The notes beneath the pieces are model-generated. The model did not search any database and was not told the DNA's origin. It worked only from the letters and a program-made list of their open reading frames with translations. A stretch of DNA of 55,312 bases, filler included, from Sphacelaria rigidula (lineage: Eukaryota): the NCBI GenBank assembly GCA_964200075.2. It is 5 parts of 5 records of this genome, joined end to end, with 100 filler letters (N's around TTAATTAATTAA, not from the genome) between each part and the next. Parts side by side here need not be neighbours in the genome. Positions count along the whole stretch, not along the records: positions 22,167 to 33,148 come from CAXNAA020005582.1; positions 33,249 to 44,230 come from CAXNAA020005583.1; 3 more parts are not named here. The stretch is one strand, 5' to 3'. A program made the translations under genes and the position numbers. Shown here piece by piece: positions 27,301 through 38,141 of this stretch. Each line of letters begins with the position of its first letter. The stretch's first letter is position 1.

Positions 27301-27895
27301 AGCACGTCGAATGGGCAAGCCAAATATTCACCACTTGACTCCTGTTAAGCGTGTGTTTCGCTACTTGAAAGGAAAACCTGATCTTCCCCTTACTTACTCA
27401 ACCTCCGGCAATAACTTGAATTTAATAGGGTTTTGCGATGCACCATATGGGAACTCAGGAATTCAGGGCGAACTGAGATCAACCACAGGCACTATGTTCT
27501 TCCTGGCGGGAGGACCTGTTCATTTTTCCTCGAGTCTACAACGGATTACGGCCACTTCAACAACAGAGGCAGAATTAATCGCTCTAGCAAAGTGCGGAAA
27601 ATTCGGGACGTATCTCTTCAACCTCCTACGAGAGCTTGGATGGTCATTCATGGAACCTGCAACTATATACTCGAATTCTCAAGGGGCACTACACCTTTCG
27701 CGAAACGCAATCTACAGTTCAAGCTCTAAACACCTGGCAATTAGGTTCTTCAACTCAAAAGACATGATTTGGACGGGGCAACTCAAGAGCAACCACATAC
27801 GCTCCGGACACCAGCTCGCAGATATCCTGACCAAATTCTGTAACAAGATCGTACATCAACGTCTACCCAAGGCAGTAAGTGAATTTGGGAAATAA
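24366..27895 (+). mobile_element. Ty1/copia retrotransposon pol (PR-INT-RT-RNase H), disrupted; most of gag and the 5' LTR not seen
   Basis: PR VDSGSSGH. INT WHKRLGH...CETC, RLRSDRGGEY, PQQNGISER. RT FKARLVVEG, LDVQTAFLNG, LRRALYGLRESP, FVDDIL. RNase H GFCDA, TTEAE, KHLAIR, QLADILTK. In-frame stops (e.g. 25141, 25537, 26642) and frameshifts. Confidence 0.95.
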
Positions 27896-28072
27896 CAGGT
27901 TATGCGGACGAATATCTATTGAGCAGATATCTTCAACCCTCAACAGCACGTACGTCTCGATCAAGGTGAAAATTGTTTCATGAGAGCCCAACCACGTCAC
28001 CTCACAATTTTTTCTCACCACTTCACAACACTCCAACAGCGTCATCCCACTACACCTCCTACCTAGTCAACA

Positions 28073-28670
28073 ATGAGTGTACGCGTACAAAACCACCGCA
28101 GCTCCAACATCTCCGGAAGAGGGAGGGCGAACAGAAACTCTCGCGGCCCCAGACATCTTCAACACCCTGGTCTTATGAACCGCGCACAGCCCCACCTTCG
28201 AGGAAGGCACACCATCACCATGAACGCTCGAGCCCGCCTTGGATACCTGCCTCTACAACCACGCCACATCATCCAAGGTACCGCGAGCGTCTACATCGAC
28301 TGGAGGTTTCGGGTATCTTGTACTGGACATCATGGTGCCAGGCCAGTCTATGGGAGAACGTGCACGAATGGCGGAAAGTCTACGCACGTACAGTTTTACG
28401 GATTTTAGGGCATACCCCACTATCCTGGACTTCATGAGGAGCTTGCCGAAATTATATGTTGAACAAGACATCATGTTCTTTGTATATTGCAGGATCTTTA
28501 ATTTTCTTTCGAAGGCTTGGTACAGAGAGAAACCAAGCGAATTCGATTTCTTCATGTTGAGACGTATTCACGACGCCCTTGTTTTAAGATTGCAAGCCAT
28601 CAGGTCAGGGTCGCCCCCACGCAAACCTACGATTTACTATAGGGAACCCGATGTAATCGCAGGAGTCTGA
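28073..28670 (+). pseudogene. Extra ORF 3' of copia pol (198 aa if one base near 28301 is removed), unknown function
   Basis: ORFs 28073-28408 and 28239-28670 join as ...ASVYID/GGFGYLVLDIMVPG... by deleting T28301. ATG in CAACAATGA context. Confidence 0.55.
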
Positions 28671-28806
28671 GATTTTTTTTTGTTTATTCCGAGTATGGTG
28701 AGCGGACAAGAGTATCATACTGAGACACAGTAAATCACCTATGTCGAGTCAAGCACACATGACTTCTTTTTTATTTGCCTTTTGAGAGCACGGTATACCA
28801 GGGCAT

Positions 28807-28967
28807 GAGTGGCAGGAGATATGTAATGACCCCTGTATTTTGACTCTGTGTCAAGAAGTAAGTTGCGGGTCAATCTTTTGATCAGCGTGAACGATGTTCT
28901 GTTCGATTGATATACAGGGTATATATGTATCTTGTATCTGATACCACTTGTTGCCTAGAGTCTCACA
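28807..28967 (+). repeat. Putative polypurine tract plus short 3' LTR (TGT...ACA)
   Basis: GAGTGGCAGGAGA (28807-28819), then TGTAATGAC at 28822 and a possible end GTCTCACA at 28967. No second LTR copy is in the window to confirm boundaries. Confidence 0.35.
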
Positions 28968-29302
28968 GACCCCTTCGGGATAATTTGGTTGCATATTTTT
29001 ATTGCTGAAGGAACTTCCTTCTACAGGGCTACGAAATTCGATGCCTATGCAACTCTCGTCTGCACATGCGTGGGCATGCGGGTCACCATTAGTTTCAGGT
29101 CAGTCTAAACTCGATCACGTCTGTCGAGTTGACAGTACAGTATAAACAAGGTACGGTAGATGAATATTTTTTGTCTGACTGCATTGCTCTCTACTATACG
29201 TAGTGTGTTGAGTACACGACTTTCTTTGGTAGAAACCTATCTCATTCATGGGGAGGTGTTGTAAATAATCAAGACCGTACAGTCTACTGTCAATTCGCCG
29301 CC

Positions 29303-29610
29303 GCGCCCCGGTGGTGTAATGGTCCGACTGTCGCCAATAGGGTGGAGAGAACGGGGGTTCGATTCCCGATGAGTTGGGTTTTCTCTTTGTGACGTATGAT
29401 TTCCACTGTGGAAAGCGTGAGAACGTGAGTGAAAAAAGTAGTCGACTGGGTTCATGTGGCGTGAGTTGGCGCGGTGCGGGAGTGCTGACCCAATCCGCGA
29501 GATTAAAATGAAAGGCACGTACCGGGGGAGAGATGGGTTGATCCCTTGAGGCCATAGACTCATCCCGAGGAAGGGGAGGGGTTAAAAGTGTGAGGAAAAA
29601 ACAAAAGGAA
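29303..29610 (+). mobile_element. tRNA-derived SINE-like element (family S2)
   Basis: A-box TGGTGTAATGG (29312-29322) and B-box GGTTCGATTCC (29356-29366). No closing acceptor stem; followed by an unrelated body and A-rich end. 3' boundary approximate. Confidence 0.65.
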
Positions 29611-29689
29611 TGCAGTAACAAGGATGATGTGCTGCAACGCTGTACTTTTCGATAATTAATGTACCGTAAAGGCGGGGGCAGCCTACTCT

Positions 29690-29892
29690 CTGTACTCTGT
29701 ATGAACACTGTGCGGGTCAAAGCAGAGGAAATTCTCGCACACAGTCAGTGCTAGGCCGCGGCGCAATGTAAAACAGGTAGAAACGAGGGCAGTCTGCTGT
29801 CTGTACTCTGTATAAACAGTGTGCTGGTGAAAGCAGAAAAAATTATCGCACGCAGTCAGGCTGAGCCGCGGCGCAATGCAAAGTAGGTAGAG
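29690..29892 (+). repeat. Two-copy tandem repeat, period ~111 bp
   Basis: CTGTACTCTGTAT.AACA.TGTGC...GCCGCGGCGCAATG at 29690 and 29801. Confidence 0.85.
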
Positions 29893-30236
29893 AGGGAAGC
29901 ACTAGTTTTTGAGTGCTGCGTGCTCCAAGTGAGCAGCTACCGTAGGTCTGGAAATTATTAATGCAGTGTATCAAGTAAAACGTAGTGTGTAAAAATTGCC
30001 ACGACTATCTGAGCTGTTGGGGGTGGGGGGGGGGCAACCAGCAACGGACAGGCTGAATATGTCTGGGACGCGTACTATCGCGATTGTAAAGTGTCTCGGA
30101 ATTTTTTAGGTGAGAGGGGTTCAGTGTATAAAAATATCACAGCTGTCTGAGCTGTGTAATTCTAACAATCGCGTTTTGGCTTGTACGGCGCTGCTCACCA
30201 GGTATGCGAGGCACACTGGAAGGAAAAAAAAAACAA

Positions 30237-30680
30237 GTGTCACGGATCGATCCAGGAATCGTTCCAGGTGCCGAGGCAGCATTACGTCCTACTCCGTTTG
30301 CCAGGAGTAGATATGCGTCATGTTCCAGTTTTACGTAATCAGAGGAGTACCCCACGAGGATGACTTCGTTGTCGAGACTTCCTTCCGAGTCTAGGCCTAG
30401 CATCAGCAATAATCAATACACGACATCACAACTCTGCAATCCTGGGACTTGTCTTCTACTGTTTCTACTACCTCATCAATGAAGATCCGCTGACCACATC
30501 CCTACTGAGCTCTCGCGTCAACGATCTTATATCCAGAAGGCAATCGCATACAGGTACCTCGTGACGGTTTGGGGTTACGTGCAAGGCATCTAGAGGCAGC
30601 CAGCTGTACATCAAGATAGCTGCTGTTGACAAGCCTTGCCAATACTCTCGGTATGCGTCAGGCCTTTTCTTATTATCTGT
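30237..30680 (+). repeat. Dispersed ~450-bp repeat (family R2); also at 53862-54199 (+) and 54200-54676 (-)
   Basis: Shared GATC.ATCCAGGAATCGTTCC, GCATCAGCAAT(C)AATACACG, ACTCTGCAATCC, GAGCTCTCG.GTC.ACG and TCTAGAGGCAGCCAGC. Confidence 0.85.
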
Positions 30681-33148
30681 TTCATGGTGTCCAATCCGGG
30701 AATCGAACTCGGTTTTTCACAGCAAGTGACGTCGGTCGCGACACAGCAAGGATGCCAGAACGGGTACGAATCCCGTGTACAGATTGTTTGCAGCCACCTG
30801 GTAGGGAGAAAGGGTTGTGTTACCGAGGGGTCGGTGCAAAATTGCAAGATAACGTGAACAGTCGGTACCCGAGTGCGAAAACAGCAGGGTTGCTCGGCTG
30901 GCGAAAGATCTACAACGCAGGAACAGCAGCAGAGGGTGTAACAACGATGCACCCTGTGCGGTGCTTCCTCTGTAGCAGTTTGGTAGGGGGAAGCCTCTCC
31001 TGTCAGAAAAGGACGAGCAGCGAGGAAAGGTACTCAAGTCAGCGATGGCTGGGTGCGGGTCCGTGCTGCACCGGGCGCCCGGTGATGTTGTTTTGGTGCT
31101 CTTTCGGGAAATAGTGCGTTAGGTATGCAGTTTACAAAAGCGGCAGCAAAGTTGGGCGGACGCGTCTGGCGTCGGTTGGCACAGCGTGGCACAAGGCGTG
31201 CAGTAAAATGCGGCAGCAAGGACCGCGAGTCGTACAACAAGATGCACGGGGTAAGACAGGGGAAAAGCTTTACAGTAGCAACTGACTGACTACTCAAGTT
31301 GGAAGAAAAACTTATGGTAGGTTTGACTACAAAAACCGTAGGAGTGCAGATCTCGGGCACTTGATTCAACAAAGCAGAGGGACAACCTATTCTAAAGGGG
31401 AAACGCAACATAAACGAAAGAGACTCCTTCGTCGAACGCCAGTGAGATGGCGCTGTGTCGGATGTATGGCAAGCACGCCTTACTGGGCAAGGCAAGAGGG
31501 CCACACATTAGGCTTGATAACCAAGCTGTAGGCAGAGTGAACCTGCAGCGTATCAACAACGCTGGGCACTGTCCCTATGTTTTATGTGTCCGAAGGTATC
31601 AGAGGTTCACGCGTTGGTATGATAATATCTCTTCTTAATTACTTGATCCTATATCTCCTCAGTGTTCAATCTCTCTAGCTCGAACAATCAGTATCACCGT
31701 GATGTGTAAGATCACCGGCTAATGCTTTTTCATTTGTCAGGGTCAGATCAACGAAGATGTCCGCGAACGAGTGCTGGTGCTGGACAACGATGGTCACATG
31801 TAAATTCTGTGCGCAGAGTATTTCACCTTCCAAAGTCTGAGTAATGATGATGTCCCCGACCAAGTGCCCATGGTTAACGACGAATGTCATGTGTAAGGTC
31901 TCTTGGTATTATTATTTCATCTGCCAGGGTGAAAAAATGATGCTCCCAGACAAGTGTTGGTGATGAAGAACGAGTATTAAAGAGTTTCGGAATATATATA
32001 TTCTCATCATGGAGTCAGAGTCCAGAGTGGAAGCGTTGAAACTTCAGAGTTGACGCTAAAAAGTTTATAGCAGAAGGTGATGTGACGTGGCTTGATGTGG
32101 AGTCCTTTTTTGCGCACTGATTGACCGCAGGTTGTGCCGCCAAAAGTGCGATCGACCAGCGTGCAGTCCGAAAATGCAGAGGTCAACACAGCATTGACTA
32201 TACCATACCCTGCGGCACTGTACGTACCGTACATGACGCTCCATTTCACCTGCAGTCCTTCAATCCACCACGGCGCACCACAGGGCACTGTAGTGCTGTA
32301 CAGTGTAGAGTACAGACAGTGCAGTGCAATGCAGAACCCTACAACAGTACATCGCGGTACGGTAAACTACAGCGATACTGTACAGTCACTTGTACAGAGG
32401 TACCGTACAACAGTACGCAGCATCCTCAAACAACAGACAAGGCCGCATCGTGATGATTTCCCAAGATGCCACCCATAACGGTGGTGCAAGTCATGTCCTA
32501 AAACTAACGGAACCGCGATGTAGTCAGGTGTAGTACTGCTTGTGCGTTGTAGACTACGAATCGTTCACATCGTCTTCTTACAGGTGAAGCTGGCAAAAAT
32601 GAGGAAATGCACCCAAGGCAACGACGTGCATCCGCCGAGCATTTGAATTTTCACTCTGCGCAACCAAGCGAATGTTGATACAGTGGCAGCGTCAGGGAGG
32701 TCTTATGATTGCAATGCAAAGAGTTTCTACCTCGTGAATGGTCCGTTGTGATGAGCATGACAGTTGTGATCGATGTCCCACTTCGCTTGTCAGGGTATGT
32801 TGATTTTGAACTGCGGCTGTGATCATAGTGGTGAAGGTAGGCGTTCTTCTTTGTTCCACTATGAACTATGAAGAGGCACAACGGTGTTCAGAGTGAAGAG
32901 GTGCAAACGGTACTCTCACTCTGAAAAATCGCTCTAAAAAATACTTCATAGCGGAAAGTGCACCGTTACCGACTATGTTCCCTTCCACTCTGACTTTAAG
33001 ATGGGAAAAAAACGTTTCCAAAACTCTCTATAATGTGCACACCCTGGACAATATATGGTCAATAGATGCAATAGACGAGAAGTGTACTGCATAAAGTACA
33101 GGCCTATTACAACTATTGCCGGCCGACACTAGTCGCAATAGGCCTGTA

Positions 33149-33248
33149 NNNNNNNNNNNNNNNNNNNNNNNNNNNNNNNNNNNNNNNNNNNNTTAATTAA
33201 TTAANNNNNNNNNNNNNNNNNNNNNNNNNNNNNNNNNNNNNNNNNNNN
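33149..33248. other. Artificial 100-nt spacer
   Basis: N44-TTAATTAATTAA-N44. Confidence 0.97.
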
Positions 33249-33320
33249 GGATGAGATAAGGGGCTCCTAACAATTCTAACCTCAGAAGTTATTCCTGTAC
33301 CCCTACCGTAGCATCACTCT
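33249..33320. mobile_element. Right end of MITE family M, truncated by contig start
   Basis: GGGCTCCTAACAATTCTAACCTCAGAA...CCCCTACCGTAGCATCACTCT, the near reverse complement of 23394-23455. Confidence 0.75.
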
Positions 33321-34829
33321 GTTCCCAATTTTTCCGCTGTGATCATGGAAAGCGTCCGCATCAGGTGCCGAATACGGATGTACCGCGCAGATGCAATGTG
33401 AAGACGTCAACCATCTGCTGTAGGCGGCGTATATATTGTCGTATATCGCGTGTTTTCCGCATGATTTGTGCCGCCGGGGTGATTTGGTCGTCGTTTGCTT
33501 TCCCTGGTGAAGTCCAAGCCGCAGGTAGTCTGCGCGCCTTCACGTCGCAGAGCACACCTCCTCGCAGAAGCAGCACACTGCAGATACTACCGTCCTACGA
33601 GATAAGATCCGTCGACACATTACAAACATGTCTAGCAAGCAGTGCGTCGTGCCTCAGGCGTCCCAGGACCCGGATATGCCAGGGTTCGAGATGAGGGAGG
33701 CGCCTATTCCAACTGAGTGTCCTGGCGACAGCGTCCTCATCAAAGTGCTCGTGAGTTGCGGATTTGGGGAGGCGCAGTAGTGCGAGGTCGGCTACCTATA
33801 CACACGGTGCAACAATTGACTGATACTTCAGGCTGTCCCGCCTGATCCGATGCACGACGACGTTCCCCGTCCTCCTCGGTTGTTCCTTCTTTGTTGAGTT
33901 TGAAGTTCAGCGTGGTGAAGATTGCGATTGTCACTGCGGATCATGTTTGTAAACTCATGTAGAAGTACTGTACCTGGGACAGGGCTCTACTTTTGCCAGC
34001 ACAAAAGGTGCGAGTGATCACTGCTACGGTACATTTTGCATGTATAGAAAGGCAATAGACGGCGCTGCCGTGCGGTGCACAACCCGCAATGCTGTCACCA
34101 ACTGTACGAACCGTACACTCTGCACTGCGCCATCCACTAGGGCACTGTTGTTTGGCACGGCCTCATTTGCAGATTGTCGAAGTACCCTCCTGCTTCATGG
34201 TCTTCCCTGGACAGTATAAGTACGCACAGTATACGGTACCCCGCAGGGAAGTTGCGGAGAAAATCATGTGCTACCTGGGCGCAGGAACAGCTCTCGATGC
34301 GTCGCGCTCCCCGAACCCATCATTTCTATGCTGTAGTTATCGCTGTGCTGTTGTGCATCTGAACACTCTACGGCGATCACGGTACGATGTGCACTGTAAA
34401 GTGCCTGAGCAGTTGCGTACTGCCTCATGCTGTGTTTCGGTCTGCACAAAATTGGGGTGGGATCAAAGTGCTGCTCGAAGAAAGTAGGGTTGAAACAATC
34501 TTCATGTGACGGCTGTGCAGCTGTCTTTCGCATCTTCTCTGGTACTTGGGTTATAGTTGGGTGCTGTGATCGGGGAAGACATACATGCCAGGCGGGTGCC
34601 GCATGTTGGGACAAACAAACTGAACCAGCACGGAGCTGCTGTATCCTCGTTTTTTGTTAGCAGCTGTCTGTATCGCAGCAAACAGCCAATCAAAGCTACT
34701 TTTCGACTCATATTTCACTCGTTTTTTTCATCTGATTAAAGAAAGGTGGCCGCATTATACTGTTTTTCAAGACTGTGACTGGTCGAAAAACCGTTTCACT
34801 CATAATTATTGCCCCCATTTTTGGGCTCA

Positions 34830-35103
34830 AGCCGGTTGGTATGGTACACAATGTTTTGACCCACGGATCGTTCACTTTTGGGACGTTTGACCCACATCTT
34901 GACCTCCAAACAGGGAAAGCTGCCAATCTGGGACCCTGCGAGCCCAGCGAATCTGACAAGCAGACTAGGCTCCTCTCTGTGGGGTGATGCAAAGTGTCTG
35001 AGACGTGTGTTGGCGGTTTTCCCTGTTTGGGGATCAAAAAGTGGGTCAAACGTCCCAAAAATGAACAGTGGGCCAAAAATCTGTTTGCCATAACATCCGG
35101 CCT
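34830..35103. repeat. Imperfect long inverted repeat (fold-back)
   Basis: GTTCACTTTTGGGACGTTTGACCCAC...CCAAACAGGGAAAGCTGCCAA pairs with TTGGCGGTTTTCCCTGTTTGG...GTGGGTCAAACGTCCCAAAAATGAAC. Confidence 0.85.
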
Positions 35104-35166
35104 TAGTAATCGTTTTCAAATCTGTTTTTTCTGTTAAATTCTCGAACTGACGGTTTGTCTTCGCAA

Positions 35167-35323
35167 ATTAGTTTTCCGTCGAAATTGTGCGGTGGAAAGC
35201 AAAAATCTCGATCTGATAGGTTATGATTTCAACCATCTTCAAAATTAACGACGATGGTTGAAATTACGATTTATCAGATCGGGATTTTTGCTTTCCACCG
35301 CACAATTTCGACGGAAAACTAAT
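35167..35323 (+). repeat. Near-perfect hairpin (52-bp outer stem + 13-bp inner stem + 15-nt loop)
   Basis: 35167-35218 is the reverse complement of 35272-35323 with one T:G pair; GATTTCAACCATC pairs with GATGGTTGAAATT. Confidence 0.9.
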
Positions 35324-37812
35324 GGGCTAAGACAGGCCCTGATACTGTAGCGGTTACAACTGTACGAATTGAAGCATTGGGGATTATTAGGTGAAAATGG
35401 GGCTTTTAGTTTGTATTTTCCATTTCAGAACCGTTTGAGGGTTAATCTTTTGACCGCGAGGGTAGGTCACCTGCTCAATCAGCATCAATTTGACTTGAAA
35501 AAGGCATCTTGCTCTACCTGCATCGCGGTCCAGGGGTCAATCACAAATGACAACGTTTTCGTGAGATTGAGAGTGAAGCGCTGATCGAGAGTGGCTTGTA
35601 TCATTCGCTTTAACTTGGCCAATTCTTCATCCCGTGTGTGATTTTCTTTGCCTCAATCACTGGCGTGTGCGTACAGCTACAGGCGTGGATATCCTGCTCT
35701 CAGGGATATCAAGGGGCCCAGTCCCCAGCTATTACAGAGAGCATATTGGGCCTCGTGGAGGTGCATTTCAGGACTAAAACGACTCACTCACTGATTGGGT
35801 GCTTTTCACTCTCAATCGTATCCTCTATTCTCAACCTCACGAAATCAGAATTAAATCCACGCACTTCAGACCTCATCCCTTGGTTTGAAACGGAATCTCC
35901 GAGAACTGTCATTTTTGAGCCTTTCCTCGCGGATTTTATACGGCACACGGACTTTGAAGGGTGAAGCCTCCTCCGAAAGATTTGCAATGTTTCCGCGAAG
36001 GCTCTATCGCACTCCTCCGATTTTCCGTTTGTCCCAAAAATCGTCCGACTACCGGGCGAAAGTACACGTTTATCATTTTCGTGAAATTGAGAGTAGGGCG
36101 CTGATTTGGACTGGCTTCGATCCTTCGGTTCGACTGATGTCATTCTTTTATTTTACGGGAGTTTTCTCTTGCTTCCATCACTGGCGTGTGCTTGCAGGTA
36201 AACGTTCGTTTCCTACTCCCGGGTATCTACGGCCTAAGTGCCAGTCCTATTGCTGAAATCATATTGGGTATAGTTGGCGGCATTTCGGAACTGAAACGCG
36301 ATGTTCACCAATCGACCGCTTCTCATTTTCATTTTCATCAAGACGTCGGGTATCTTCCGAAAAGTGGACGATTGGCGGGGCGACTGAGATCGCTGGGAAC
36401 CCGGTTTGGAGTAAAACTGAGCGAACGAGGATCGCAAAAATGAGACAGGATCCAGGTGCACACATTAAATTTTCCAGGAAAGCAATGATCCGTCAAAGCC
36501 AGTCTTACGTCAAAATTCATCACGTACAGTTATCAGGAGTCTGGTTTTCATACCTATCCATGGGCGGTACGATTTGCCGATGTCATTCTGGATCACTCCA
36601 CGTATCAGCTGTAGGGGCTAAGTGTTGCGAAGTTGCGAAAGGAAATTACTGATCACATGTTTTCAAGTGATGAGCGTGAACCACCCTGTGGTTGATTGCC
36701 CGAGGAGTTGACATCCGTACGTCAAGAGGATGTGGGGGTGGGGGGCAAGTTCAAGTGATGTACGGTTTTGTTTCGTTCCTTCATTTCACTGCTTTAACGA
36801 GTGCTCCCAGTTTGTTCAACTTGGGCAGGTACGCCGTGCACTTACTGCCGGATCTCTAGGGAATCAGTTGTTTGGAAACGGTGAATGCATGATCGTTGAA
36901 GACGGGCTGTCTTGCGCTAGTGGATAGGCATGACAGGTACACGGGTAAAGAAAGTTCGCCGTCAGCACGCAGCAGAGCTGTTGCCCTCTCGTGTAGTTCT
37001 CACTTTGAGTGCACACGATTGTCCGAGTAGGCAGCATCCGCCAACATACGCCATCAATGACCGCGTGCTTGTCGACGACTCAAAAATATCGACAGCAGAC
37101 GGTCGCGGCGGGGGTAACCGCGCTCCGTGCGAGACACACACGGTTTTCCACGGAAAAGTACGCGGTGATCGTGTCGAGCAGAATATGGCACAACCATGAA
37201 GCTAGTTTCCGTCATGACGTTCTTCATTCCCGTGTAAACACGAAGCCTTGCACACGAGGACTATTTATTGCCCCATGAAGAATACAGTTCGCCCATTACC
37301 TCCTCTGTAGAACAACTTCCACCACGTTTCCGGCGAACAAGGCCGAGGACGCCGAAACACCCACATCTCGCGTGCGGATCGAATCAAGTTCATCCAACCA
37401 ACACTCAGGATACGAAACCCAGAGAGCGTCACCCTGCCACGGATGACACAACAGGGGACTGTTCTGCCTCGAATGGAAGAGTCCAATCCATCACAACGAA
37501 AAAGCCGGTGGTCACCGGTGAAAAGGCGAACAAGAGCCATCCTACACCGCTCCATCACCATGAGCTGAAGACTCCCGTCACGTACAAACGCCACGTGGAG
37601 CATTTTCCAAGACATGATGCCAAGAATGTGCTTCGAACGCTAGCACGCATAAAAACCTTTCTGGACTGACCGGACCAGCTTTAGCTGAATGACTGTTGAC
37701 CATTCACCAAACGTGGATGAAACACCTAACCGATTATGGAACAGTCATTCACCGTAGGACAAGGTGTGCTTCAAAAAGGACCTATAACGTAGCTAGCGAT
37801 CGAAAAGCAAGC

Positions 37813-38115
37813 TTAGCGCGCGCGCTGGCGCATCTTGCGGCGCTTGCGCCTGAGGCGGCGCATGCGCTTCTTGCGCCACTTTGCACGCATGCCCCCGTTG
37901 ACGTTGAGGAGCATGGTGAGGGTGTCCGCTTCTTCAATCCCGGCGTCGGCCAGAGAGCCGGAGTTGAGTTGTACGCCGCCGTGGTTGAGGCGCATGATGG
38001 CCGCAGGAAGGTACTCCTGGGCCTCCACCGCCGCCTTGACAGCGGTGACAGAGGTGGAAGGGGTCACCTCCAAAGGGAGGCTTCCCCCGCCGAGGGTTTT
38101 CACGAAGATCTGCAT
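37813..38115 (-). CDS. RPL41: Ubiquitin-like domain (75 aa, ends NGG) fused to ribosomal protein eL41/RPL41 (eS32; 25 aa); 100-aa precursor
   Basis: [20 protein letters not shown]...[11 protein letters not shown] (38115-37891) is followed in frame by [28 protein letters not shown] (37890-37813). The tail is 22/25 identical to human RPL41 ([25 protein letters not shown]). AAAACATG start context. Confidence 0.95.
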   Translation of the reverse strand: [100 protein letters not shown]

Positions 38116-38141
38116 GTTTTCGCCCCTGGATGCTCTCAAGC

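Noticed and set aside
29303-29378. tRNA gene
   Set aside because: A and B boxes are present, but there is no complete cloverleaf or acceptor stem; better explained as a SINE head.
30700-31460. Cys-rich EsV-1-7-like repeat gene relic
   Set aside because: Cys spacing is not regular enough and the frames are broken; no support without a profile search.
33361-33934. Minus-strand coding-like fragments
   Set aside because: Stops and frame changes, no identifiable motif; cannot support a gene call.
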